From an uncultured Ignavibacteriales bacterium (lineage in GTDB: Bacteria > Zixibacteria > MSB-5A5 > GN15 > JAAZOE01), in assembly GCA_964611355.1 (NCBI GenBank), contig CAZSYD010000008.1, positions 1 to 64,000 on the forward strand: a DNA stretch of 64,000 bases, in the 5' to 3' direction. Within the stretch, counting starts at the first letter, position 1. Each line of letters opens with the position of its first letter. Positions 29,882-38,945 of the stretch are shown piece by piece. The notes below the pieces were generated by a model, which made no database searches, was not told the origin of the DNA, and worked only from the letters and a program-made list of their open reading frames with translations. The translations under genes were made by a program, and so were the position numbers.

Positions 29882-30615
29882 TGACCTGGGAAACGATTCT
29901 CTGGACGACAGCCGCCATTCTTTTAACTCTGGCGACCTTTTCCTTTCTTTATCGGGATAATCCCTTTTACAAGATCGTCGAGCATCTTTTTGTCGGTGTA
30001 TCGGTCGGATATTTCACCATCATCCTGTGGTATAACGGCCTGATGCCGACGCTCTGGGATCGACTTGTGGACGGCAAATGGTGGTATCTGATTCCCGGTC
30101 TTTTGGGAGTGCTGATGTGGTTCCGTTTCTCCAAGAAAATGAGCTGGATTTCAAGATACCCGATTGCCATATATCTGGGCATTGCCACCGGTGTCGCCAT
30201 ACCGGTGGAGATGCAGAATCGTGTCAACCGACAACTGGCCAATACGATGATTTCGCCCGATTTCGCTTCCGGCTTCTGGACCGGCTTTTCGGACGTGGTA
30301 ATCATCATCGGAGTTTTCTGCGGACTGTTTTATTTCTTCTTCTCGGTTCCTCATAAAGGCGCTTTTGGAAGCGTGGCCAAACTCGGTATTTATATACTGA
30401 TGATTGGTTTCGGCGCTTCATTTGGCTATACCGTCATGGGACGTATCTCGCTCTTTATTCAGCGCGTGCAGTATATTCGTGACTGGGCCGGCATGTGCGT
30501 AGACAGAGGCGGCGGCCCTCAGGCCATGATGTGGATTATAATTTTATTGATTGCACTTCTGATTCTCCTGGAGATACTAAGGCAGATGCGAAAGAAAACG
30601 GCTGAAATGGTTTGA
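29878..30615 (+). CDS. module 3 subunit D membrane protein
   Basis: SFLYRDNPFYK, FGASFGYTVMGR; one extra C-terminal TM. Confidence 0.8.
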   Translation: MMTWETILWTTAAILLTLATFSFLYRDNPFYKIVEHLFVGVSVGYFTIILWYNGLMPTLWDRLVDGKWWYLIPGLLGVLMWFRFSKKMSWISRYPIAIYLGIATGVAIPVEMQNRVNRQLANTMISPDFASGFWTGFSDVVIIIGVFCGLFYFFFSVPHKGAFGSVAKLGIYILMIGFGASFGYTVMGRISLFIQRVQYIRDWAGMCVDRGGGPQAMMWIIILLIALLILLEILRQMRKKTAEMV

Positions 30616-30635
30616 TAACGAGAAGAGTAATTCCG

Positions 30636-30664
30636 AGGCCTCGCTGACGCGGGGCCTTTTTTTT
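30636..30664 (+). terminator. intrinsic terminator ending the 12-gene operon
   Basis: AGGCCTCGC-tgac-GCGGGGCCT followed by a T run. Confidence 0.8.
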
Positions 30665-31108
30665 GGTTAAAAAAAATCGTCGGAGTGTAAAAAAACAGTG
30701 AACATTTTTCCCCAAAATTAGTATATTAATATAGGAGGCGGGGAAACGAAAGATATCTTTCGAGCCTTCTTACATCACCATACTTTCCTGTGATCAGATT
30801 TTTCGGGGGAAGAATAAGAGGTTTGTTTATGACCGATTTTGTTGTAATGCAATGACTTATGTGAATGATGTAAGCTTTTGTGTATTAGCGAGATCATAAA
30901 TAAACTTTTTATATATGATTGTAACCGATTATGCAGTATGAGGGTATAGGAAATAAATTTTCGACAAGCCCAAGATTTTCCTTGACAAACCGCAAGGGAA
31001 AGCCTTTTTTCAATCAAAGGAGAGCTCCGAACATCTTTATGGGCGTTTATGGCTTGTTTGGCCCGAAAAAGGGAGTTTTGAGGGTGTAACGCGAAAGCGA
31101 GGTGAAGA

Positions 31109-31432
31109 ATGCCACGGAAGCGTACTTCTTCTGCTATAAGTATTTCCAACAAAAAAGCCGGAAAGAGAGGAAAATTGTCGACCGCCGAGGCACGCCGAGA
31201 GTACCAGCGCAACTATTATCAAACGCACAAGGAGAAGGCCAAAGAGTATCAGCGGCTGTACAATCTTACGCATAAGAAAAAACGCGGCGGTCGGGGGAAA
31301 GCCAATTTTGTCTGCCCTCGGGATGCGGCTCGGATGACGTTTAATCCCTGTGATATTATGAATTCTCCCGTCGAGAAAACCTTGAAGATGATCGAAAAAA
31401 TCATATCTGGTGAGCGTCTCTTTACCATGTAA
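31109..31432 (+). CDS. small highly basic hypothetical protein
   Basis: RBS GAGGTG before the ATG; K/R-rich with REYQRNYYQTHKEKAKEYQRLY helix. Confidence 0.65.
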   Translation: MPRKRTSSAISISNKKAGKRGKLSTAEARREYQRNYYQTHKEKAKEYQRLYNLTHKKKRGGRGKANFVCPRDAARMTFNPCDIMNSPVEKTLKMIEKIISGERLFTM

Positions 31433-31569
31433 GAGGCTGTTTTTCCGTATCCTTGTAAGCCGGACAAAAAAAGGCGGCCAGGGGTTACCTTAATCTTTAT
31501 TATTATGTAAATTGTATTTTTTTGTCCGATAGCAGTAAAAGGAGATTTGCCTAATAGATTTGAATTGGA

Positions 31570-34461
31570 GTGAAAATGGCCAAGACCGAAAAAAAGACAA
31601 AATCTGTTTCCCTGAAGGTTGACCCGAAGTCCAAAGCTCGGCTTTTCTATTTCTTTGGTGGAGGTAAGGCCGAGGGTCAGGGAACTATGAAGGATCTGCT
31701 GGGCGGCAAAGGAGCCGGCCTGGCTGAGATGACCAATATTAAAGTTCCGGTTCCGCCTGGGTTTACCATTACGACCGAAGCTTGTCGTATTTACTATGAT
31801 TCCGGTATGTCGCTTCCGGCCTGGTTTGATAAGGAAATGAGAAGTTATATGGCCAGGGTTGAGAGGAAGATGAGAGCCAAATTCGGTGATTCCAAAAATC
31901 CGCTTCTGGTCTCGGTTCGTTCCGGCGCCAAGTTTTCCATGCCGGGCATGATGGATACCGTGCTTAACCTGGGGCTCAATGAGAAAACCCTGCAGGGAAT
32001 TATTGATCGGACAGGTGATCAGCGTTTTGCCTACGATAATTATCGTCGATTTATTTCTATGTTTGGTAACGTTGTTCTGGGAATCGACAAGGATCTTTTT
32101 GAAGATATTATTCAAGAGAAGAAACGGGAGAAGAAGATCCGTCAGGATAGTTCCCTGCAGGTGAAGGACCTTCAGGATATAGTTGAAAAGTTCAAAAGGA
32201 TCATTGAGAAGAAAACGGGCGAGGCATTTCCTGAAGACCCGTGGGAGCAGTTGGTCATGGCCCGTGATGCCGTGTTTCGGTCATGGCATAACCCTCGCGC
32301 CATAACTTATCGCCGACTGAATAATATCCCATCCGATTTGGGGACGGCGGTTAACATCCAGGCAATGGTCTTCGGCAACATGGGCAATAATTCCGGCACC
32401 GGAGTAGGCTTTACCCGTAATCCGGCCACGGGAGAGAAGGAGTTTTATGGCGAATATCTCTTAAATGCCCAGGGTGAGGATGTCGTGGCCGGTATCAGAA
32501 CGCCATCGCCGATCAACCGGCTCAAAAACGAAATGCCGGGTATCTTTAACGAACTGCGCGATATTACGGACATGCTGGAGAAACATTACCGGGATGTTCA
32601 GGATTTCGAGTTTACCATTCAGGATGGCACGCTCTTTATGCTTCAGACCCGCGCCGGCAAGCGTACGGTTCAAGCGGCGTTGAAAATCGCCGTGGACATG
32701 GTCGGGGAAGGTTTGATCTCCGAAGAAGAAGCTTTGATGAGAATTGAACCAACTCAACTGGATCAACTGTTGCATCCCCGCCTTGATCCCAAGGCCGAAT
32801 ATGAAGTCATTGCCACCGGGCTGGCGGCTTCTCCGGGGGCCGCGTCAGGTGTAGCAGTATTTTCCGCCGAGGATGCGGTTCGATACGCGGTCGACAAGAA
32901 AGACTGCATTCTTGTGCGTCAGGAAACCAATCCGGATGATATCGGGGGGATGCATTCCTCGGTCGGCATCCTTACCAGCCGGGGCGGCATGACTTCACAC
33001 GCCGCCGTCGTTGCCCGTGGTATGGGTAGACCCTGTGTGGCGGGATGCGAAAAGGTTCGGGTCAATGAGGCCAAAAAGCGGTTCTGGGTCGGTCAATTAG
33101 TCATTAAGGAAGGCGAGGTAATTACTATTGACGGATCTTCCGGGAATGTCATTATCGGAAAGGTGCCGACTATAGAACCGGAGCTTTCGGGCGAGTTTGC
33201 CGAGTTGATGGAATGGGCGGACGATGTGCGTCGTCTGGGAGTGCGCACCAACGCCGATAACTCTGCGGATGCGGCTCAGGCGATCAAGTTCGGTGCCGAA
33301 GGTATAGGGCTGTGCCGCACCGAACATATGTTCTTTTCCGGTAATCGTCTTCCGATTGTCCAAGAGATGATTCTGGCTGATTCCATAGAAAAACGCCAGG
33401 AGGCGCTCGACAAGCTTCTCCCGTTCCAGAGGGATGACTTCAAGAAGATATTTGATGTCATGGCCGGGTTGCCGGTCACGATCAGGACGCTCGACCCGCC
33501 GCTTCATGAATTTTTGCCTGATCGCGAGGAGGTTGAAGCCAAAATCGCCGAACTCGACAAGAATGATGAAGAATACGACGAAAAGCTGGCAAAAATTAAA
33601 AAGATGATTGCCCGAATAGATGATTTAAAGGAAATGAATCCGATGCTGGGCCATCGCGGTTGCCGCCTGGGAATCCTTTATCCGGAAATAACCGAAACGC
33701 AGGTGCGGGCGATTATCGAAGCGGCCTGCATGTCGATCAAGGCGGGTAAAAAGGTCTATCCCGAGATCATGATCCCCCTGGTTGGTCATATTAACGAATT
33801 CAAGAACCAGAAGGAAGTTGTCGATCGGACCGCACTGGAAACCATGAACAAGATGAAGACAAAGGTTGACTACCTAGTTGGCACCATGATAGAGATACCG
33901 CGAGCCGCTCTGACGGCTGATGAAATCGCCGGCGAGGCGCAGTTCTTCTCATTCGGGACCAACGACCTGACGCAGATGGCGATGGGATACTCGCGTGATG
34001 ATGCCGGTCGGTTCCTCGGTTATTATATCGAGAAAGGAATCTTGCCGGGCAATCCGTTTGTATCAATCGATGCTGTTGGCGTTGGTGAGCTGGTAAGGAT
34101 AGGATTTAATAAAGGCCGGGCGGCTAATCCCGATCTCAAGGTTGGCATCTGCGGCGAGCACGGTGGAGATCCCGATTCGATCCGGTTTTTCCATGAAGTC
34201 GGTCTGGATTACGTTTCCTGTTCACCGTTCAGGGTTCCGATCGCGCGTTTGGTGGCGGCCCAGACCGTCCTGCGCGAAAAGGGGGCACTGGCAGCGCCCT
34301 CCGGGAAAAGGAGAACCGCCAGGAAGGTAGTCAGGAAACCCGTGCCCAAAAAAAGCGCCAGGATCAAAGGCAAATCCAAAATCTCCGCCGTTGGCGACGG
34401 GAAGAGAATAAAACTGAAAAAGGCAGCGACTTCTACGCGGGGTAGTATGTCCAAGAAATAG
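31570..34461 (+). CDS. ppdK: pyruvate, phosphate dikinase
   Basis: LLGGKGA, SMPGMMDTVLNLG, GGMTSHAAVVARG (phospho-His), GLCRTEHM, FSFGTNDLTQ, GICGEHGG. Confidence 0.97.
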   Translation: MKMAKTEKKTKSVSLKVDPKSKARLFYFFGGGKAEGQGTMKDLLGGKGAGLAEMTNIKVPVPPGFTITTEACRIYYDSGMSLPAWFDKEMRSYMARVERKMRAKFGDSKNPLLVSVRSGAKFSMPGMMDTVLNLGLNEKTLQGIIDRTGDQRFAYDNYRRFISMFGNVVLGIDKDLFEDIIQEKKREKKIRQDSSLQVKDLQDIVEKFKRIIEKKTGEAFPEDPWEQLVMARDAVFRSWHNPRAITYRRLNNIPSDLGTAVNIQAMVFGNMGNNSGTGVGFTRNPATGEKEFYGEYLLNAQGEDVVAGIRTPSPINRLKNEMPGIFNELRDITDMLEKHYRDVQDFEFTIQDGTLFMLQTRAGKRTVQAALKIAVDMVGEGLISEEEALMRIEPTQLDQLLHPRLDPKAEYEVIATGLAASPGAASGVAVFSAEDAVRYAVDKKDCILVRQETNPDDIGGMHSSVGILTSRGGMTSHAAVVARGMGRPCVAGCEKVRVNEAKKRFWVGQLVIKEGEVITIDGSSGNVIIGKVPTIEPELSGEFAELMEWADDVRRLGVRTNADNSADAAQAIKFGAEGIGLCRTEHMFFSGNRLPIVQEMILADSIEKRQEALDKLLPFQRDDFKKIFDVMAGLPVTIRTLDPPLHEFLPDREEVEAKIAELDKNDEEYDEKLAKIKKMIARIDDLKEMNPMLGHRGCRLGILYPEITETQVRAIIEAACMSIKAGKKVYPEIMIPLVGHINEFKNQKEVVDRTALETMNKMKTKVDYLVGTMIEIPRAALTADEIAGEAQFFSFGTNDLTQMAMGYSRDDAGRFLGYYIEKGILPGNPFVSIDAVGVGELVRIGFNKGRAANPDLKVGICGEHGGDPDSIRFFHEVGLDYVSCSPFRVPIARLVAAQTVLREKGALAAPSGKRRTARKVVRKPVPKKSARIKGKSKISAVGDGKRIKLKKAATSTRGSMSKK

Positions 34462-34489
34462 GACTTCCCGGTGAGAAGCAAAAAGATTA

Positions 34490-34515
34490 GCGCCCGTCGA
34501 ATGGCGGGCGTTTTT
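34490..34515 (+). terminator. intrinsic terminator after ppdK
   Basis: CGCCCGTC-gaat-GGCGGGCG-TTTTT. Confidence 0.7.
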
Positions 34516-34550
34516 AATTTTGATAATGCCGGGCTTGGGTCGGGGCTTCT

Positions 34551-35084
34551 TTATTCTTCGCCTTTCATTTGTTTGCGCCAGGCAGCCAATTCCTGCGCGG
34601 CGCGATCATCTTCGATGTCCAATATCCAGATACCGGCCAGATAAGAATCAGAGGTAACTTCAACTTTCAGTTTGTCGGTTAAGCGATAGGCCTTGAAGCC
34701 ATGGTCGTCAATAAAGACAATATGCATCAGCTTTCCGTCGGATGTTGATTCAATGCGCGCTTCGGGCATTTGGTCGCGAAAATCTATAAAGCGAATATCG
34801 GCCGATTCCGGAGCCGGTGGCGGTTTCAAATTTTTACGCGTCCGCCAGCTTTTACGCTCAACGAGTACCTGGATTGATAAAAGCCGTCCCCTGGAATCGA
34901 TATCAAAGGACAGTTGAGGCGAATCGAGATAAGAGAAGAATTTTCCTTCCGGAAAAAGGGACACAATCAGGGTTTCCTCTTCCGCCTGATAAAAAGCCCG
35001 GCTGAAAGATTCCCCTTCGGCCGGGCTTTGAATAAAAATCCTGATGCCTTTCGCGCTGTTCAGTTTTTCGGTTTCTTTTCCCAT
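34551..35084 (-). CDS. hypothetical protein with two DUF2283-like repeats
   Basis: FYQAEEETLIVSL...SFDIDSRGRLLSIQVL and DGKLMHIVF...VEVTSDSYLAGIWILD; overlaps the end of cpoB. Confidence 0.55.
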   Translation of the reverse strand: MGKETEKLNSAKGIRIFIQSPAEGESFSRAFYQAEEETLIVSLFPEGKFFSYLDSPQLSFDIDSRGRLLSIQVLVERKSWRTRKNLKPPPAPESADIRFIDFRDQMPEARIESTSDGKLMHIVFIDDHGFKAYRLTDKLKVEVTSDSYLAGIWILDIEDDRAAQELAAWRKQMKGEE

Positions 35085-35881
35085 GCTTCGATTTTATCCC
35101 TGACCTGTTCAAATTCGACGGTGCCCGGAAAATCGTTTTTCAGAATCAGGAAATATTCGAGAGCCTTCTTCTTATCGCCCAAATCCTCGTAACAGCGACC
35201 CAGCTTAAAGTAGGCGGTGGCCCGTTTTTCCGAATCGGGATAATTATCAAGGACTTTTTTGTATTCCTCGATAGCCCGTTCGAACTGCCTCATTTCATAA
35301 TACGCCTCGGCAATCCAGTATTGGCTATTGTCGGATAGATCGCCATTCGGGCAGTATTTAAGATAGTCGGAAAAGCCGGAAATAGCCAGATCGTGCTGAC
35401 CGCGATACATATCCTTGAAGGCGTTGTCCCACAGGCGACGGCAATCGACCGACGATACCATACTGGTATCATAAGCGCTGGAATCGGCGGCCGTGCTATC
35501 GGCTGGTTCTTCCGCAGTAACCGGGGGCTGGATGAGACCGCTCTCTCCGCCGGTATGCTGCGCCAGTCGATAAACAAGCTGCTGCAGATCGCGTAATTGG
35601 TTTTCTATCTGCGTCAGCCGGGCGCCCGTTTCGTCAAGGGCCGTGCGCATTTCAACCCGAAGACGATTCTCGTTTTCAATTCCGCCGGTTATGAGCGAAT
35701 CGACTTTATCAAGCTTTGCCTTCAGCAGTTTCTGGTCGTTACGGACCTGGTTGACTTTTTCTTCCACCCGCAAAACATCCTGCTTGGCGGCGCAACCGGA
35801 CAGCAGAAACATTAGAAAAGGCAGAGATATCGCGGCAAGGCGGTATCTCCATCCACGTATGTTTTTCGTAAAGCGCATCAA
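35060..35881 (-). CDS. cpoB: Tol-Pal system protein CpoB/YbgF (TPR), lipoprotein-like
   Basis: LSGC lipobox, coiled coil, TPRs with NSQYWIAE; follows pal. Confidence 0.88.
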   Translation of the reverse strand: MMRFTKNIRGWRYRLAAISLPFLMFLLSGCAAKQDVLRVEEKVNQVRNDQKLLKAKLDKVDSLITGGIENENRLRVEMRTALDETGARLTQIENQLRDLQQLVYRLAQHTGGESGLIQPPVTAEEPADSTAADSSAYDTSMVSSVDCRRLWDNAFKDMYRGQHDLAISGFSDYLKYCPNGDLSDNSQYWIAEAYYEMRQFERAIEEYKKVLDNYPDSEKRATAYFKLGRCYEDLGDKKKALEYFLILKNDFPGTVEFEQVRDKIEAWEKKPKN

Positions 35882-35887
35882 CGTGGG

Positions 35888-36397
35888 TTACTTCTTAAGT
35901 ACCCGGAATTGGCCGCGGCGGTTTTTCGCCCAGGCGTCTTCATTATGACCCGGGTCGGCGGGCTGTTCCTCGCCATAGCTTATAGTCTCGATTCGGTCAA
36001 CCGAAATACCGAGATCGACCAGATAATTCTTAATCGAGACGGCCCGCCTGTCACCCAGCGCAAGGTTGTATTCCACCGTGCCCCGTTCGTCGCAATGACC
36101 TTCGATCTTGATGATAATATCCGGGTTGCCTTTGAGAGTTTCCGCATTCTTGTCAAGGCGCAGTTTTTGGTCACTGCGAATGTTGTACTTGTCAAAGTCG
36201 AAGTAAACGGTCTGGAAATCGGCCTCGGTAATCTCCGGCGGCGGGGGCGGTGGTGGCGGTGGTGGTGGCGGTGGTGGTGGTGGCGTCGTGTCCACCTCGG
36301 TTATCGGTTCTTCTACCGGCGGTTTCACCTTTTTTGGACAACCGGTCAAAAAGGCCACGATAATTATCAGTCCGATGACAATCAGGAGTTTCTTCAT
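35888..36397 (-). CDS. pal: peptidoglycan-associated lipoprotein
   Basis: LTGC lipobox; VYFDFDK, IEGHCDERGTVEYNLALGDRRA, SYGEE, NRR. Confidence 0.95.
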   Translation of the reverse strand: MKKLLIVIGLIIIVAFLTGCPKKVKPPVEEPITEVDTTPPPPPPPPPPPPPPPPEITEADFQTVYFDFDKYNIRSDQKLRLDKNAETLKGNPDIIIKIEGHCDERGTVEYNLALGDRRAVSIKNYLVDLGISVDRIETISYGEEQPADPGHNEDAWAKNRRGQFRVLKK

Positions 36398-36513
36398 CTT
36401 ATCCTCCTTGAAATCTTTTTACAATTGAAGATTATTTTCTCTCCCTTTATTGAAAACACGGTACTATAATGCCTTACTCAACGCAACTAATATTTACCGT
36501 TTTATGAAAAATT

Positions 36514-37818
36514 CTACCTCTTATATCCTGACCAGGCCGGGTTGGAATTTCCCCCTCCCGTGGTCAACCGCTTTTGTTCATTACCAAAGCGGTCCATAAT
36601 GAATATCTCTTTTGACCCTGTTCGTGTTGACGAGAAGATTACATGATTACCGTCAGGCGACCAGTGCGGATTTTCGTTACCGCCTTTATTGGTCAGAACG
36701 CGAAAATTGTCGCCGGTAACGTCAATCGTGCAGATATTAAAACGCCCCCGAACGCGGCTGACGAATACTATATTGCTTCCTTTTGGCGACCAATCCGGTG
36801 AATCGTTATAATTGCCTATGTAGGTCAGACGGCGAACGTTTATGCCGTCCCTGTCCATGATATAAATCTGAGGCGTGCCGGTTCGGTCGGAAGAGAAAGC
36901 GATCTCACTGCCCGTCGGCGACCAGCAGGGGCTTGATTCAATAGAAGCCGTATACGTCAAACGCCTTTTTATCCGTCCGGAGCGATGCAAGAGGTAAAGT
37001 TCGGCGTTGCCGTCGCGCGAAAGGGCGCAGATGATTTCTTTACCGTCGGGAGAAGCTCGGGCGGCGGAATTGATACCCGGATAGGCGGCCAGAAGATTAA
37101 CCGAGCCGTCGCGAGAATCATATTGATATAAATACGGATCGCCGCTCATGTAGGATGTATATAGTATTTTTTGACCGTCGGGGGCAATGGACGGCGAAAT
37201 GTTAATCGAGCCGTTGCCGGTCAACTGATGGATACCGGCGCCGTCATAGTCGCAAAGAAAAAGCTCCTTGTTGCCGGTGCGATTCGAGATGAAGCAGACG
37301 CGGGTATCGAAAATACCCTCGTCGCCGGTCAGGTAATAAATGATTTCATCGGCGATCTTGTGCGCCAGCCGCCTGTAATTGGAAACCGGCGATCTGAATT
37401 TGCCCCGGGCGAATTCAAGCCCCGACCTTGTGGAGTGAAGACTGTATTTTATGGTTAGATCATCGCCGGTAAATTCTCCCGCGCCTTTGACGATATATTG
37501 CGCTCCCAGGTGTTTCCATCCCAGCAAAGTCATAACCTTGAGTTCCATATGACGCATGTAGAACGTATCCAGCTCGATAATTTCGTAGAAAGGTGAAAAA
37601 TCGAGGTCATTGCGGATGATCTCCGCCAGGCGGACCAGGATGACCGAATCTTCCACCGGGAGCCGGGTGTTTTCTTTACCGGTGAAACGCTCAACGGCGA
37701 TTTTTATCTCTTCGAATCCGTACCTGGGATCGAGCCGGCCGTAATAATCTTCTACTTGGGCGAAAGCGAAGGTTGCAATTAGAAAAACGGCAATTGTCAG
37801 AAGCGGCATTTTTTTCAT
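36514..37818 (-). CDS. tolB: Tol-Pal beta-propeller protein
   Basis: NDLDFS N-domain, AHKIAD, PD40 repeats (P.WSP.G). Confidence 0.93.
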   Translation of the reverse strand: MKKMPLLTIAVFLIATFAFAQVEDYYGRLDPRYGFEEIKIAVERFTGKENTRLPVEDSVILVRLAEIIRNDLDFSPFYEIIELDTFYMRHMELKVMTLLGWKHLGAQYIVKGAGEFTGDDLTIKYSLHSTRSGLEFARGKFRSPVSNYRRLAHKIADEIIYYLTGDEGIFDTRVCFISNRTGNKELFLCDYDGAGIHQLTGNGSINISPSIAPDGQKILYTSYMSGDPYLYQYDSRDGSVNLLAAYPGINSAARASPDGKEIICALSRDGNAELYLLHRSGRIKRRLTYTASIESSPCWSPTGSEIAFSSDRTGTPQIYIMDRDGINVRRLTYIGNYNDSPDWSPKGSNIVFVSRVRGRFNICTIDVTGDNFRVLTNKGGNENPHWSPDGNHVIFSSTRTGSKEIFIMDRFGNEQKRLTTGGGNSNPAWSGYKR

Positions 37819-38522
37819 TCTTGTCTCGGTTCGTAGGGAAATTCAAGATGGATGCCGATGATATCGTCCCGGAAATCGGCCGGCAGCGGCGGCAAGGGGG
37901 ACGATACCTGCACCGCTCGAAGGCAGGCCCGGTCGTAAGCCGGGATGCCGGATGATTTCTCGATAACCGGGTCGAGCACCGACCCGGATCGAATGACCTG
38001 AAAATAGACAACGCACGAGAGCGGCTGGTTGGCGGCCACCGGATTTGACCAGTGACGCTGAATTTTGCCGAAAGCCTGCACAAAGAAATACGGGTAGTTG
38101 AAACCCGCGTTGTCGATTGCCACCGAACCGAACATAGTTCCGGGACCAAGCTGGTCGCTTACGTCGGTTCCGCCTTTCCTGTCAACGTCGCCTTTCCGGG
38201 TCTTGTCCTTATAACCGGTATCCCGTCTCGGTTTTGGTTTTTCTTTCTCCTTTTCAAGCTCATAACTTTCGGTCCGCGACTCGGGTGTAACGATGGGCGT
38301 GGCGACTTCTTCTTTGAAAACCGCCTCCGGTATCGTAATCTCCGGCATTTTGCCTTTAATCAGGGCCGGATCGCCAAGCGGCGGCAGTTCAATAATATTG
38401 ACCGCGGCGTATTCGAAATCGGGCCTTACTATGGCAGCAAAGGGATTAAGCAGGGTGACCATCAAAATCAGTCCGAAATGGAGAAAAAAGGAATAGAGGA
38501 AATCTTTGCTCGTTATTTCCAT
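37815..38522 (-). CDS. TolA/TonB C-terminal domain protein
   Basis: N-terminal TM with S..LH, C-terminal KIQRHW...SSGIPAYDRACLRAV...PLPPLP. Confidence 0.85.
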   Translation of the reverse strand: MEITSKDFLYSFFLHFGLILMVTLLNPFAAIVRPDFEYAAVNIIELPPLGDPALIKGKMPEITIPEAVFKEEVATPIVTPESRTESYELEKEKEKPKPRRDTGYKDKTRKGDVDRKGGTDVSDQLGPGTMFGSVAIDNAGFNYPYFFVQAFGKIQRHWSNPVAANQPLSCVVYFQVIRSGSVLDPVIEKSSGIPAYDRACLRAVQVSSPLPPLPADFRDDIIGIHLEFPYEPRQE

Positions 38523-38945
38523 TTATTTCCTCTTTTTAGGCTTGTCATTTTCGATAGGCGATGTTACCAGGCCCAGGTATTCGACGCCCATCTCTTTTAA
38601 TCTGGCCACCACGTCAACTACGGCGGCATAGATAACGCCGCTGTCGGCCCGGATATAGACCGAGGAAGTGTTCTTGTTTCTCATCACCGCGTCCAGCCGT
38701 TCTTCAAAGTCGGGAAGGCGCACCCAGATGTCATCGATAAAAATGCCTCCCTTTTTATCTATCGTCAGGACCACGCCTTCGCCCAGATCTTCCTGGGCCA
38801 CCGTTCTGGTTTTGGGGAGGTTAACGTCTATCCCCGATTGAAGCATCGGGGCGGTAATCATAAAGATTATCAAAAGTACCAGCACCACGTCGACCAGGTT
38901 GGTAACGTTAATGTCGGCCATATGCCGGTATTGCCTCTTGATCAC
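38523..38945 (-). CDS. tolR: TolR/ExbD
   Basis: DINVTNLVDVVLVLLIIFMITAP, IRAD. Confidence 0.9.
   Translation of the reverse strand: MIKRQYRHMADINVTNLVDVVLVLLIIFMITAPMLQSGIDVNLPKTRTVAQEDLGEGVVLTIDKKGGIFIDDIWVRLPDFEERLDAVMRNKNTSSVYIRADSGVIYAAVVDVVARLKEMGVEYLGLVTSPIENDKPKKRK

Noticed and set aside
30775..32115. Minus-strand ORFs 30775..31212 and 31249..32115
   Set aside because: Antisense shadows of ppdK, the small basic gene and AT-rich intergenic DNA
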